A stretch of DNA of 64,000 nucleotides, taken from contig RSEE01000008.1 in NCBI GenBank assembly GCA_003971905.1, positions 930,001 to 994,000 on the forward strand, in the 5' to 3' direction. The stretch is from Moniliella sp. 'wahieum' (Eukaryota). This document shows, piece after piece, positions 46,613-59,012 of the stretch; position 1 is the first letter of the stretch; each line of letters opens with the position of its first letter. Made by a program: the position numbers and the translations under genes. A model generated the notes under the pieces. It was given only the letters and a program-made list of their open reading frames with translations, did not search any database and was not told the DNA's origin.

Positions 46613-49315
46613 CTCAGAGCGCGTCTCACAAAAAAACCCAAGATTCACGACCTTCTGCACATCATATTATCCTCCCGTCTATCGGTGCTTCCCTCTTGCT
46701 CCGTTGCTCCTAGCACCCTTTCCTTTCATCCTTGCCCTGCATGTTTGCTTGCGCGTGTTGTCGCCTGTGGTGGGGTCTGGGGCGCTGCAGCCTTGGTTGC
46801 GCACAACAGAACGGGTTCTAGTCACCTCTTGTCGACGCATCATCTTTCTCACACCTATTCTTCATTCATTCGTCATTGCTGCTCACATCGTCTGTGTGGA
46901 CAGGACACAGACCCGTCGTAGAGTAGCTCGTATCTCTCGCCTCAGGACCCACGGACTCACGCGTCCGCCCTGCGTTGATCGTTGCAAAAGCCGCGGCACT
47001 GCTGCCCACGCTGTCAGAGTGCAAGAGCGCCAGCACAGGGCCTGTGTGGGGCGTGCTCGCGTCTGCAATGGGATGAGGCCGGGGTCCCGCCCCCGGCGCC
47101 ATGGGGGCAGTGTGGCTTGTGCCTGTGCGCTCGCGTAGCCAAAAGTTGGAGCTGCCGTATAGACCTCTGTCCTCGGTAACGTCGCAAAAGACGGCAAAGC
47201 CACTAGGATTCGTATACTGCCGCTTGCAGAGGTCGCTTGGATGCATCTGGTGCATCTTTCCATCACCGCCCCACCACCACTGGTACCAGTACGCTCCCCC
47301 GCAGCTCACCTGTTCTCGCTTTCCCGTCTCTCGTCTTTCTCTTTGCCTTCCCATCCGTCCCCACCATGCCCCCCCGACACCTCGGTATCCAGCCATGGGA
47401 AAGAGGCGCCCACCACCCCTCTCAACGACCGTCTGCACACGCCCCTTTTATTCATCTACAACGAGGTGCAGGAGCTTAAGCGCAAGACCTCCCAGCTTGA
47501 AGCCAAGCTCGACTCGCTGACCACAGCGCCACGCCCAGCATCCATGCTCATTGGCAATCCTGCCTCTGTGCTCCGTCGTCAGTTGACTGGAGGTGGGATT
47601 CGGGGGGATCTCACCAGACTAAGCAAGATCCCCGGCGCCCCTTCCAGCACAAAGGGAACATCTATTACCTTTGCGGAAGCAGTATCCTCTATGAGCAGCA
47701 CCTCCACCACTAACAGGACTTGTTACTTCCCAAAAAATGGGTTGGGCGTTCCCGTCAGCCAAAAACGCTACAACGCATTCAAGAGGTGGAGCAGTTTTAT
47801 CCCCATAGCCATACGTGTCATCCTCTCCCCTTACCCCCGCCAGGTACGTTATAGTCACATTGAATGCTGTCCATGAGGGCTCGCGCTTCCAGCCCCTCAC
47901 TCCCGGCCGGCATTCTCGTCTTTGTCTGCCTCTCGAAATCTACAATGTTATTGACAATCTGATCGTCATGTCCGACATGAAGGCCACTGCGATCCGGACA
48001 ACAACCAGTGAGTTTGTTTGCCAACATGGACTCCCAGACGATCTCCTTCCTCCTGAAGAAGCCCTAGTAGATTCATACTGGCTATGTTATTCTTCACGGC
48101 AGAATGTGCGCAACAAGTATCCGTGTCAGGTTCAATGAGAGCCAAAAGGCACACAGTATAATGATGAAGTTCGGGGGGGGAAACGACTAATATCAGAGGT
48201 TGTTCCATTTTCTCCCCGCTCTCTCTTGGGTCGATTGAGAAAGGCATTGACCCACTCTTTGTTTTTTCTACGGCATTTTATATTAATTGTCGTCGTTCTC
48301 CTCCTCTCTTGTCCGTGATCATTGCAGCTTCGCTCTCTTCATCATACAAAGACGGTTTTCCTTTTTGTATCAGAGGGATCCATTACTTTCTTGATATGGA
48401 TGTTTTGACCGTGCACTGTGATTGTCGTTTTTGTGGCATCTTGCTGAGCAGCGGACAGGTTCCTCTCCATTACAGGTAGTGACCCCTTCGCAGAGGGACT
48501 TGGCTCTCTTCCTCATATTTTGTAATCGCGGGAGGCGATTGATCACGAATCGTTTTGGTGGAAAGAGGGTTAATGAGAGCGCAATCAACGAGAGAAGCAA
48601 TGCGTAGGCTGAGTATGATGCGCATATGTATTCAGGCAACTGATACGAGTTGTGAGCGAGAAGCGTCAGATCGGAGCTTGGACGACAACACGTTTTCGTG
48701 GACACGCCCCCTACTAGAGGCTGCTGCAGGTATCGTGCGAGTTGTGCTCCCTCCAGTCGAGTGGGAGGTTGGGGGCGCCAGGCCACCTCAGCCCCGACCG
48801 GCTTGCCTCAGACCTGAGCCTCAGGCCTCACCGTCAAATGTCCACGGCAACGTCCTCGGTCTGAAGAGGGGTTGTTTACCTGGCAGAGAAGCCGTCTTGG
48901 GCCCTCGGCCCCCAGCACGCAGGGCTCACCGGTCACCGCTCGTCCTCAGGTGGGTGAAGGGCGGCCTCAGGCCTCAGGGAGGGGTGCCGGCCTCACCGGT
49001 CAAGTCGGAGGCTTGGGCCGTGCGGGAGTCAGAGCAGCGCCTCAGCTGGATACGGGGCGCGCACGTGACTAGTGACTAGGGCCTCGTTTATCTGCCCGCC
49101 ACCGCGCGAGGCTGGGCTCAGGAGGACACAAGCCACGGCTGCCCCCTTTGAACGTTTCATGGTCTTTTTTCTGGCCGTCACATGCCACATGCCACATGTC
49201 AGCTTGCCAGGTGCCGTCGCCCGTCGCAGGCCTAGTGACGCCGACGAGGGACTGCCAGCAACATCCATCGGTCGTCGTTGCCACCATCTGCTCTGCCCCG
49301 TTCTCCGTCGACAAC

Positions 49316-51030
49316 ATGGCCACGCTGGGACGACGCAGCATGCCTGGCGAACACTCTCTGCGTGGTTCCGCTGAGCTCGGTGAACATGGCTTCCCTGACA
49401 CGAGCAGCAATTCGTCCAACAGCTCCGACTCCTCTGACCGCGCTTCTCCTTTGCCCCTCTCGCCTCTGGCCGTACCTGACCCCGCAGGCAGCATTGGCCA
49501 GCCCCACACGCCCACCCACGTACATGATCACTACTCTCCAGCCTTGTCTGCACATCATGGAGAGAGGCTCAAGACGTACTCCTTTGATCATGCACCTGGT
49601 GGCGGTGAGCCTGTATCGCGTGGTCGCCCCCACCGCCGCGCCTCCTCCCGCCATCCGTCTAGTTCCCGACCGTACCCCAGCCCTTCCCAGCGATTTCCCT
49701 CGACTGCTTCGATTCATTCCCATTCTCACTCGCGCCTGGGATCTCGTCGTCACATGGACTCGATGCTGGAGGCGACATGGCGCGACCTGTTTGACAATCC
49801 ACTCGACGATCTCCTCCACACGGCCTTGCTCAATTTACTGGCGGACCCTACGGTACTGAGTACGCCCGAAGCCATCAGTTCAGCGTCAGCCGTGTTGGAT
49901 GGGCATATGGGCAAGCCATTGGATACCCAGATCTTTGACCCCCACCTCCACCACGACATGGTTCCTCCTCCTGCCGGCCATGATGCCGCATCGATACCAG
50001 GCCAACCTGGACGGGCATCGGGACGACTGCTTTCGACAGCCACGACGGCCGACGAGACAGGCAGGACTGACTATGTATCTTCGGAAACGCTCCAACCTGA
50101 CGGGACAGGAAGAGAGCACCGCCATTCGCTCCACTGGACAGCCCAAAGACAGCTAGCTGGATTCAACTACCAATCGGCGTATTCTCTCCTTACCCATCCC
50201 GGTCGCCCCCGACCCAGTCACCTACAGCTAGGTCGCCAGCTCAGCGCTCGCCGGCCCTTCCACCTCCTCACTCCCCTTCCGGACCACCGCGGTCCTCTCC
50301 CCCCGTCTCAGCTCGAACGCACTACCGTCCTGCGTTACCTATTTCCACACCCTCAGCCCCGCCCCATGTTGCGCCTGGTACCGTCTTGCCCGGCCCGATG
50401 TACCCAAGCGAGCGGGGGTCGAGCTTCCAGGGCAGTGGTGGCCATACCAGTCGCGGCAATAGCGTCACCTGGACCGCGGGCGGAAGCCGGAACGCCAGCT
50501 TTGGAAGCGGCAATGGCACTGCCAGCCGGGGTGGAAGTAGCACCTGGGCCGCAAGTGGTAGTGGCCCCAGCCTTCACAGCGCAAGTGGCTCGCCGTCTCG
50601 CGGAAACAGCGCCACTTGGGGCGGGACTGGGGAAGATGCGCATCGTGCCAGTTGGAACCGGCCCACGAGCGGCATGGGCGCCAGTCGAAATGGCAGCACA
50701 AGTCACTCCACCGGCCCGAGTTCAGGACCCGAGGTATGTACGACCGAAGCTCGCGAGGCAACTCCAGGCTTTCCGGCACCGAATGCGACGCCCTTGCCTC
50801 TCCCCTTGCCTCCGCCCCCGTTACTGGGCCGGGTCAATCGGACCCACGCGTCGTTGCCCGACATTCGCATGTCGAACCGCCCCCGCTTCTCGAGCCAGCC
50901 TACCTTGCTTTCCGGCCCGCCGCAGTCAGGACCTTCGGCGCCGCACGCGCCACCCAGCGGCTTTCCCGCCGCTCCCTATCCGTTGCCACCACGATCTTGG
51001 ATGCCCCCGCCTCGAAGCCACATGCGCTAA
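49316..51030 (+). CDS. Hypothetical Ser/Pro/Gly-rich protein (frameshifted)
   Basis: Long + ORF 49148-51037 with an overlapping ORF 50386-51030. No recognisable domain. Confidence 0.4.
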
Positions 51031-51767
51031 GCGCTAAGGGCCTGTTTGGCCTGCGAGAAAGGGCCTTTGGACACCAACGTCAACATTGCTCACACTTATT
51101 AATAGTCGCACGGTGTACTGATGATTGGGCGGCCTCAGCGTCTCAGCGCTGACTGGCTAGCCGTGACGCGTGACGCGTGACACGTGATCCTATGATCGCA
51201 TGGGGTTGTTTTTGCCCGGCAGTAGTTCCTGTGGCATGTGTCAGAGGATGCCTTGATTCGTACGAAGGCAGGTGCGACACTTGGATGGGAAGTGGAATGG
51301 CAGGGTGCGTGAAGCTAGTGGCCGGCCTGACCGGCTGACGGAGCTGCGTTGGGTTTTCCCTCCGGAGGCTGTCCCGCCAGTCCACACCAAGCGGGTGATT
51401 TTGGACGATTGTGGGTCCAACTTTCAAATCGGCGCATTCCGTGCTGCCCATCACTGGTGCAGTCACGGTGACTCTGTCTCCGTCACCGGTACGACGCCTG
51501 AGCCTCAGGCCCAAGTCGATCTGGATATGGCAAGAAGTGCTTGAAGCTGGACCAGGTGGACATGTGGACACGCCACGTCGGCACGATTGGTTGGTTGATC
51601 CGTCCCGCGAACGATTGCCTGATAGCCGATAGCATAGCCTCGATAACAGCCGGCGGAAATAGATCGGCCAGCAGCCACAAACCCAAGCTCACGCTAAAGC
51701 TTCCCGCCTTCCAGCTTCCAGACGCACGCCAGACGGACCCACCTCGCTCCATTGTAGCCCTACCACC

Positions 51768-53022
51768 ATGTCCTTCCGTGCCATCCCCGAAGACGCTTTC
51801 AGCGCCGAGCTGGGCCAGACCACGACTGAGGTCTCGTCCAACGCGCTTGGCGGCCGCATCCTTGCCGCCAGCGACGAGTGGTTTGCCCCGGCCACGGACC
51901 TGATCAAGCCTGGGCCGGCAGTGTCGCTCAAGGGCCAATTTGGACCCAAAGGCGCTCTTTATGATGGCTGGGAGACCCGTCGTCACAACCCGGCAGGTGT
52001 GGATTATGCCATTGTCCGACTCGGTCCCAAGGCGGGTGCGACCGTGTGCGGATTTGACATTGACACCTCCAACTTCAACGGCAACGAGGCTCCTGCCGCC
52101 GCCGTCTTTGCCTTGGCTCAGCCCCCTGAGGAGGAAGCAGCCGGTAAACAGATCGCTGCAGACGACCTTAGGGTGTGTCGTTTTCCCCGTGCTAGGTTGT
52201 GCTTGTGTGCTGACCGTTTCCCCTCCGATTCAGTGGCAGCAATTGCTCCCCGAGGTGCCTTGTGGTCCCTCGCGCCGGCACATATTTGCCCTCACCGCTC
52301 CTTCGTCTACTGTCTTTACCCATGTGCGGCTCGACATGATCCCCGATGGCGGAATTGCTCGCTTCCGTGTGTATGGTCAGATTGCCCCGCCTCCGCCCGG
52401 GCTTGGGTACGAGGAACAAGTTGATGGCCCCGAGGCGGCGCTAGGCGTGCTGGACCTAGCGCATGTGATGAATGGTGGCCGCGTGGTGTACACGTCCGAC
52501 CAGCACTTTGGCGTGGGCGCGAACGTGCTCCTGCCGGGTCGGGGTAAGGACATGGGAGATGGATGGGAGACCAAACGTTCCCGCACTCCGGGACACAAGG
52601 ACTTTATTGTGATCGCGTTGGGTGAAGCAGCGTTGCTCTCCTACACGGAGATTGATACGCTGCATTTCCTAGGCAATTTCCCGCAAACCGTCGAGCTGTT
52701 TGGCACCTCTCTTCCCGAAGGCGCCGCCTGGCCCGTCGCGCCCGGCGCAGGTGCAGGAGAGCAAGCGGCCGGCATTCAGTGGACTCAGCTAGCGCCGCGC
52801 ACACCCATGGGCCCGGGCAAGCGGCACTTTGTCCCCTTGGCCCCCGCCGGGCCTATCACCCACGTCAAAGTGGTTATGCATCCGGATGGTGGGATCAAGC
52901 GGGTACGGCTGGTGGGCAGGCGGGCCAAGCCGTTGGCCGGCTACAAGGGCCCGATCCCCTCTGTGCCTCTGCCAATCAGCCCCGACGCGGAGCCGGCCAC
53001 GTCGGTACGGTCCGGGCTTTGA
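51768..53022 (+). CDS. DAL2: Allantoicase (intron about 52173-52233)
   Basis: Two allantoicase repeats: SDEWFAPA..YDGWETRRHN..DIDTSNFNGN..PDGGIARFRVYG and SDQHFG..MGDGWETKRSR..IDTLHFLGNFP..PDGGIKRVR. Confidence 0.95.
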
Positions 53023-53471
53023 GCCGCTGGACCTGACACAGAGTCGCGGGATATCGTTTGATGGGAGATGCTGGCATGTTGATGGAGGGCGCTGTCCAAG
53101 GACGAGGTAGGAGGCGAGCAGCCAAGGTGTCCAGGTGGGGACTTGAACTCAAGTAGTTTGTCACGTTGTGCGCTTTCGGGAGCAACACATCCAATCCAGC
53201 ATGATCAGTAGTCTTAACCTCAACTCCCCGTATATTGCCTTCCACTCTTCCGGCTCTCTATGCTTTGAGTGCTCACCAGGTAATCTAATGCACATTGGCA
53301 TCTCTTCTGTTGGGTTGCTGTTTGGAGACCAAACGCGTTGAATTAGGACCAGTGTCTATTTCTGGAGGGAGGTGGGCCGCAATGCCGACAGCCGCATCAC
53401 TAACAGAAAATTGCATGGTGCGCCAGCGACGGGTACTGGCAAGAGGCCATAGCCCGTCTAGCCTAGTGGCG

Positions 53472-54886
53472 CTAGGCATTGAATTCAGCATCATCATCCG
53501 ACTCGGGCTCCGCCAGGACAGCCGGGATCGTTTCGGGATCTTGAGGGTCACACGACTCAACTTCCTTCTGCCCCTGCTCCGGTTTATCATTTTCCTCCTT
53601 CCCGAGGCTGGGTCCGCCACTAGGGCTATCTGTGGCCCTACTGGCAGCCCGGTCCGATGGAAGCACGACTTCTCTGAGCTTGCGTACTGGGAACGCACGA
53701 GCCAACGCCTGGGGCCAATCCTCCGTCTCTGCCAGCCAGAGAGGATGTCGAAGACCTGATTGACCGTCAGTACTTTGCGGGACGCCAGTTCGGCGCCATC
53801 AGCTAGGCGCAAGGTCTGGGCATTGATAGGTAGACGCATGGTGCGGATGCCCATCGCACGGGCCTTATTCGCACACAAATTCTTGTACCGATTGTGGTCC
53901 ACATCCCACCGACAATGTACGTCTTTCCCCTCCAGCGTCTCGGCTGTCTCGGTGGCATCGGCAGTGAGGTAGATCAGGTCCTCCTTGTTCCATCGACGGG
54001 TTCTCAGCTCTTGTTGGTATGGCGGGACCTGTTTCCCCTCGGGCGCGTCCGGAGGCTGGAGAAGGCAAGATCGGGAAGAGAGGATGGGTCGGCATCAGTG
54101 GGCGCAACAAGCGCCTCTATCCCCCCGCTGGACAAGACCGCTACCGATTTCCACCGGCCCACATGGCATCCCAATTGTTCTCCATGTGCTGTCCCAAGGC
54201 AGAATCGAGCAAGCTTTCTGGCTGATGGCCTTCAGCCTCGGGTTTGGGAGAAGAGGAATGAACGTACGCCCGGCCCGGATGGTCCCCCTCACCCAGAAAG
54301 TAGAGGTATTTGAACGGACGATTCGAGTGGCGTTGGGTCGAGTAGAGGTGGCCCAACTGGAGACACATGGAACGTCGTTCCTACCAACACAACGACACGA
54401 GCATAGTCAGGGATTCCCATTCATCAATGGTTTGGGCGCAAAGCAACGCAATGAAACCAGAAGCCAACCTACTCGGTCCTCCATTAAGCTATCAAAGCCG
54501 AGATCGATAATGACGCCCACGTCGAGCGGCCGCTTGGGCTTGCTGGGCTTGGCCCGCTTAGGTTCCGGTGGTGCCATTTCGCCCGCCTCGATTTTGGCTT
54601 GCATCTCCTGGTAGCGGGCACGCTTATTTGCCTTTCGCCTCTGCTTTTCGGCCGCGCGACGTTCCTTTTTCAGTGCCTGGGCTTTCTCAAAGCGCAGCTG
54701 CTTCTTCCACTGGTTCTTGCTCATCCCAGCAGGCGGCCCGCCAGTGGTATCAATGTCAGCGGGCCGACGGGGGTCCGTGTGGGAGAGAGAATTGGTGGTG
54801 CTGCCAGGCGAAGATGGGGAGGCCTTTTCGGGCGCAGCGTCAGCCGCGCACGCAGGCGAGTCGGACACATTGGGTGCGGCGGACAT
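53472..54886 (-). CDS. TRM10: tRNA (guanine(9)-N1)-methyltransferase Trm10 (intron about 54383-54472, frameshifts)
   Basis: MSKNQWKK; IIDLGFDSLM; QLGHLYS; DHNRYKNLC..ARAMGIRTMRLPI; RKVLTVNQVFDIL. Confidence 0.9.
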
Positions 54887-55317
54887 GGTGGTTCAACGGC
54901 TTCTCACCCCACTCCCAGCCCCACCCCCCAAGAGAACAGGTGTGGTCTCCAGCGTGGCCAGACAAAAAATGACGACGGAACACGTAGGCGGAATTTGAGG
55001 GCCACTGCGACAGATTGCTGGGCGATGACGATTGAAATTTGAAAGAAGGCTCAGTCTGCCACAGGAATGCATGACATGTCACATGTCACATGTCACATGT
55101 CATGCATCAGATCTGAGATCTACTCGAAGATCTAACATGCTACAGACAAGTCAACGCGTCTTCTAGCTTACTCAGTAGAGTGGTTGAGTAGTACTCAGTA
55201 ACAGTACCCATTGTTCACTAGACTCACTCGAGCCATCAACAGAACGCCAGTCTATAGTCCCAAGAGCAGGAGCCCAGGCTCTCAGCTTGAAGGGCGTTCA
55301 TGGATACAAGGGGGCCT

Positions 55318-56334
55318 TTAGTGCTTGGGTCCCCCTGCCTTGGCTTGCGCAAGAAGCTGCGGCAGAATCTGGTCAATGGACGTGACGTTGGGCGTAAAGC
55401 CGACACGCTCATTGTCCGCCTCATCCGCCATGCCTCGACCGGAGAAGACGTAAAGAAGCACAAAGTTGCGGAACCCTTCAAAGTCAAATGCCCCGGCCAG
55501 CTTGGTTTGCTCCTCCGCATCAAACGGCTGCAAGGTCCAATGGTCGGGCGAGTAGTTCGGGTCCAGCTTGCCCAACTTCTCCAGCAGCTCGGGCGTGCTT
55601 ACTTTGAAGCCCGACACGATCCATGCCTTGCCCAGCGGCCCAGCTGACGACCCCGGCGTGGCGAACTTTTGAGTCGTCACCACATGGTGCACGAAACGTC
55701 CGATGTCACTCAACGTCGTGGACGACACCTCGATTCCCTTGGGAGGCAGCGTCGCCGTCTTGTGGGCGAAGTCAACTGCGTTCCATGGTGAAAGAAGATA
55801 CTCCGCAAACGACCCGTTCACAAATTCAGCCCAAGGAAGGCCAATCTGTTCCAAAGCAAGACCAGTCAGTTGTGCTCAGCGGCCAAAAGGAAGAGAGACG
55901 GAACAGGAAAACCCACTTGATCCAAAAAGTCGCGGAAGGCCTTTCCACCACCAAAGAAAGGATGGAGCGTGTCGAGGGGTTCCGGAGGTAGTTGCAACCA
56001 CCAAACCCAGAGGGACAAAAACCTTGGCGCCGGCGGCACGGGCAGCCTTGGCGGCATTCGCCTGGCCCATTCCTCCGACAGCGGGGTGGACGGTGGAGAT
56101 GACTCCCTGGATCGAATGCTTCTTGAACGCAGCCTCCAACGCGGCCTCGTCATCGTATGCGGGAATCTGCTCAATTGCGAACCCGCGCGAGGCAAACTTC
56201 TGGATCTCCGGGTTCGAAGCGTTACGTGTGAAGATCACAAGCTTGTCGTGGGCCTGGTCAAAAGCCTCAGCGACGTTGGTGCCAACATCGCCCATTCCGA
56301 GCAGGGCAAAAGTGGTGATGTCGTTGCGGACCAT
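55318..56334 (-). CDS. NmrA/isoflavone reductase-like NAD(P)-binding protein (one probable intron near 55860-55915)
   Basis: N-terminal Rossmann motif FALLGMGDVG; VISTV..GQANAAKAARAAGAKVFVP; LPWAEFVNGSFAEY; TTLSDIGRFVHHV. Confidence 0.75.
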
Positions 56335-57068
56335 GGTTGGATGTGTTGAGTAAAAGCGGATCAGAAAAGCGGCTCGGGGAGAGAGGGTGGAGGAAAGGAT
56401 GGATGTGGTGGTGGGGGTGAGGCCTGGGCTTTATGCTTTTTGGCCTGAGCAACGGGTCATCGCATCCAAGATCGGGGGTGGCTGGTGGTTCAGGAGGTTC
56501 ACATGAAGTTCGCGTCATAGAGGTTTGCAGGAACACCCTTGGTAGGGTATGCACAATGCATCATGCATCGCGGAACGAAGTAGCACATGAATCTGCATGG
56601 CCACCCATTCTGGAGCGCTCCGCCCACTCCGCGGCATCTGCGGGAGGCTCAGGCGCCCAGGCCTGTCGGACATCGCCGGTGAAACAACGCGGAGTGCCGC
56701 GGCCAGCTGCGTTGCTTGGGGCCTCAGCCTCAGACTGAAGGCCCTGCGACAGGCCTGCGTCGCTTAATGAAATTATGATCGCATATATCGGACATCTTCG
56801 GTGAAACAGTCCCGAGGGCCACGAACACTGGCGCCGTGTCGCGTCACGTATCATACTTCGTCCGTCGTGGCCAGAGGCACCAGCCAGCGTATCTCTGCTG
56901 AGAAGCACCCCCGACGGGAGTACGGAAACACATACTGTATAGTCGCTAGTCACTATCACTAGTCACTTGAAGCCTCGAGTGGCCCAAAGCCATCGGCCTT
57001 TCAACGTGCTTGCCTGTGAGGTCATTGAGTCTCGTTTCTATACAGCCGAGTTGGTCAACGTGGTCACA

Positions 57069-57730
57069 TGTCATGGGGGGCCCCCAGGGGGGACCCGACC
57101 CGGTATTTACGGATATAATAATCGGAGCCACGTACGGTATGTCCGGGCTCAGATCCTGGTCGAACCGAGCGGGTGTAGCCTATAGAGGCAAGGGAGAGAC
57201 CCTCTTAGTTTGGGTGGCTGCCTGCGTGCAAAGGGCGCAGCTCAACAGGCCCTCCGGGGCAGGAGCAGCTTACGTGGGTCGCCAGACCCGTTGAAAGGGT
57301 CCAGGAGCTCCGGTCCGCGGTAGCGTTACCACACTTGACGCGCTGTAATAGGCGGAATCAGACGGAGCCACCAGCGCTACTGAGAGTAACCACAGCTTGC
57401 AAAGTGGTCGACGTAAAAGTTGTAAATTCGCAAGAGTGGTAGAAGGTGGAATCGGTGTAACAAGGTGAACGGGTGAACAGGTACATGCAGTACAGAGGAT
57501 GCTGGTCGATAAGGACCACAGCAAGCAAGCCTTAGACAAGGCTGACCGTACTAGAACAGGCATCAATAGGAGGAAAGGGAACTTTCCAGAGAGAGGAGGT
57601 AAAGACTATAATACCCAGCCCGCGTGCTCTCAAAGGCGCTGATGTTGTGCAATCTGGCGTAGCAGCCTGGTAAAGGGTGTGAGTTCAAGGCTGGGCACGA
57701 TGGGCACAAAGCATCGCACCTGATGAGACC
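57069..57730 (-). mobile_element. Diverged LTR copy, inverted relative to 58168-59012; far end not determined
   Basis: Begins TGTCATGGGGGG and aligns by eye to the reverse complement of 59012 down to about 58330 (shared TAGTTTGGGTGGCTGCCTGCGTGCAAAGG, GTTGAAAGGGTCCA, AAGGACCACAGC, GCTCTCAAAGGCGCTGA, CACAAAGCATCG). Confidence 0.75.
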
Positions 57731-58167
57731 TGAAGTCCTGATGGTCCTCGAGGGTGATGCAATCGCACTGGTGGTGGTGGTGTGGCAACCAGCAATGCCT
57801 ACAGAGGAACATCAAGCAGCGGGTCGCCATCAGGGCTAAGCTGCAGGGCAAGGAGAAAAACAGGAGAGGGAAGACAGTGGAACTCCTAGGCCTGAGGAGG
57901 AACTGAAGGGACCTTGGCCAAGCACGAGCCACTTAGCTCAACACAGCACATACTGTGGCCCAGTTTCCACTGAAAACCAAGGTTGCTGTTCTTTGCCCCT
58001 ATTGGCGCACGATCGGCATCTTAAGATACTGAGTATTGACGAGTTCAAAAGAGCGCCCTTTTTTATTGGAAACCCATTTCAGTGCGTTCTCTCCTACTTG
58101 ATAGACGATCTCATTTTCGCTCCTGTATATCCACTCTAAATACATCTCGCCTTCCTGGCAGGGCAAC

Positions 58168-59012
58168 TGTTATGGGGCTCTCCCGTTATCTTCGGACGCT
58201 GAGCCCCGCATGTCGTAGACATCTCAGCCCAACACGCGTCAGTCCTGTTAGACTACTAAGCGAGAGAGAGCCAGTCGACACCTTGTCCATGCTATGGATA
58301 TCATCCGCGGCCCGCCATGGTCGCATGGGCTCATCGGTACGATGCTTTGTGTCCATTGCGTCCAGTCTTGGCAGAACCCTTCCTGCTCCGCTTGACTACG
58401 TAGCGTCAGCGCCTTTGAGAGCATGGACTGTGCATTAGTCTTTACCTCTCTGGAAAGTGTCACGCACTGTTTATACCTGTCATGAGGCACTTGAGGCCTG
58501 GTTCCTTCTGTTGTATATAAGCAGCCATGTCTAAAGCTTGCTAGCTGTGGTCCTTGTCGACCATCCTGTCTTTGGTCTCCCGATTACCCGTTCCTCTCTT
58601 TCCCTTCCACCTTCTACCACCCTTACGCTTATGAATTTACGACTTACGCCGAGTCCGCTGCAAGCTGCGGTACTCTCATTAGTAGCGCTTACTCTTATTT
58701 AGGACTCTGTCTGTTTCCGCCTACTACAGCGTACCGAGTTTGGTAACGCTACGAGGAACAGAGTAACTTCGGAGTTCTTGGACCCTTTCAACTGGTCTGG
58801 GCCTACGTACGCGGCTCCTACCTCGGAGGGTCTGAGCTGCGGCCTTTGCACGCAGGCAGCCACCCAAACTACAGAGGGTCTCTCGCTCCACACCCGCTCG
58901 ATTCAACCAGGATCTGAAGCGGGACATGCCGTGCGTGCAGTGGCTCCGATTGGCTGTCCAAGGGTTTATACCCCTAAACTACAGGGCCTCGGGACCCCCC
59001 CCCCCCATGACA
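58168..59012 (+). mobile_element. Solo LTR, 845 bp
   Basis: Termini TGTTATGGGG...CCCCATGACA; flanks GCAAC/GGAAC (5-bp TSD with 1 mismatch); internal TATA box (TGTATATAAG near 58512); 3' part resembles the 3' part of the LTR at 23268-24125. Confidence 0.8.

Noticed and set aside
47241..48138. Possible gene with a coiled-coil-like stretch (NEVQELKRKTSQLEAKLDSL)
   Set aside because: No family recognised and the exon structure is unresolved, so evidence is too weak to annotate.
57069..59012. Single DNA transposon or DIRS element with long terminal inverted repeats
   Set aside because: The outer flanks share no TSD and the arms are diverged. The right arm has its own inverted termini and a 5-bp TSD, so it is a separate solo LTR.
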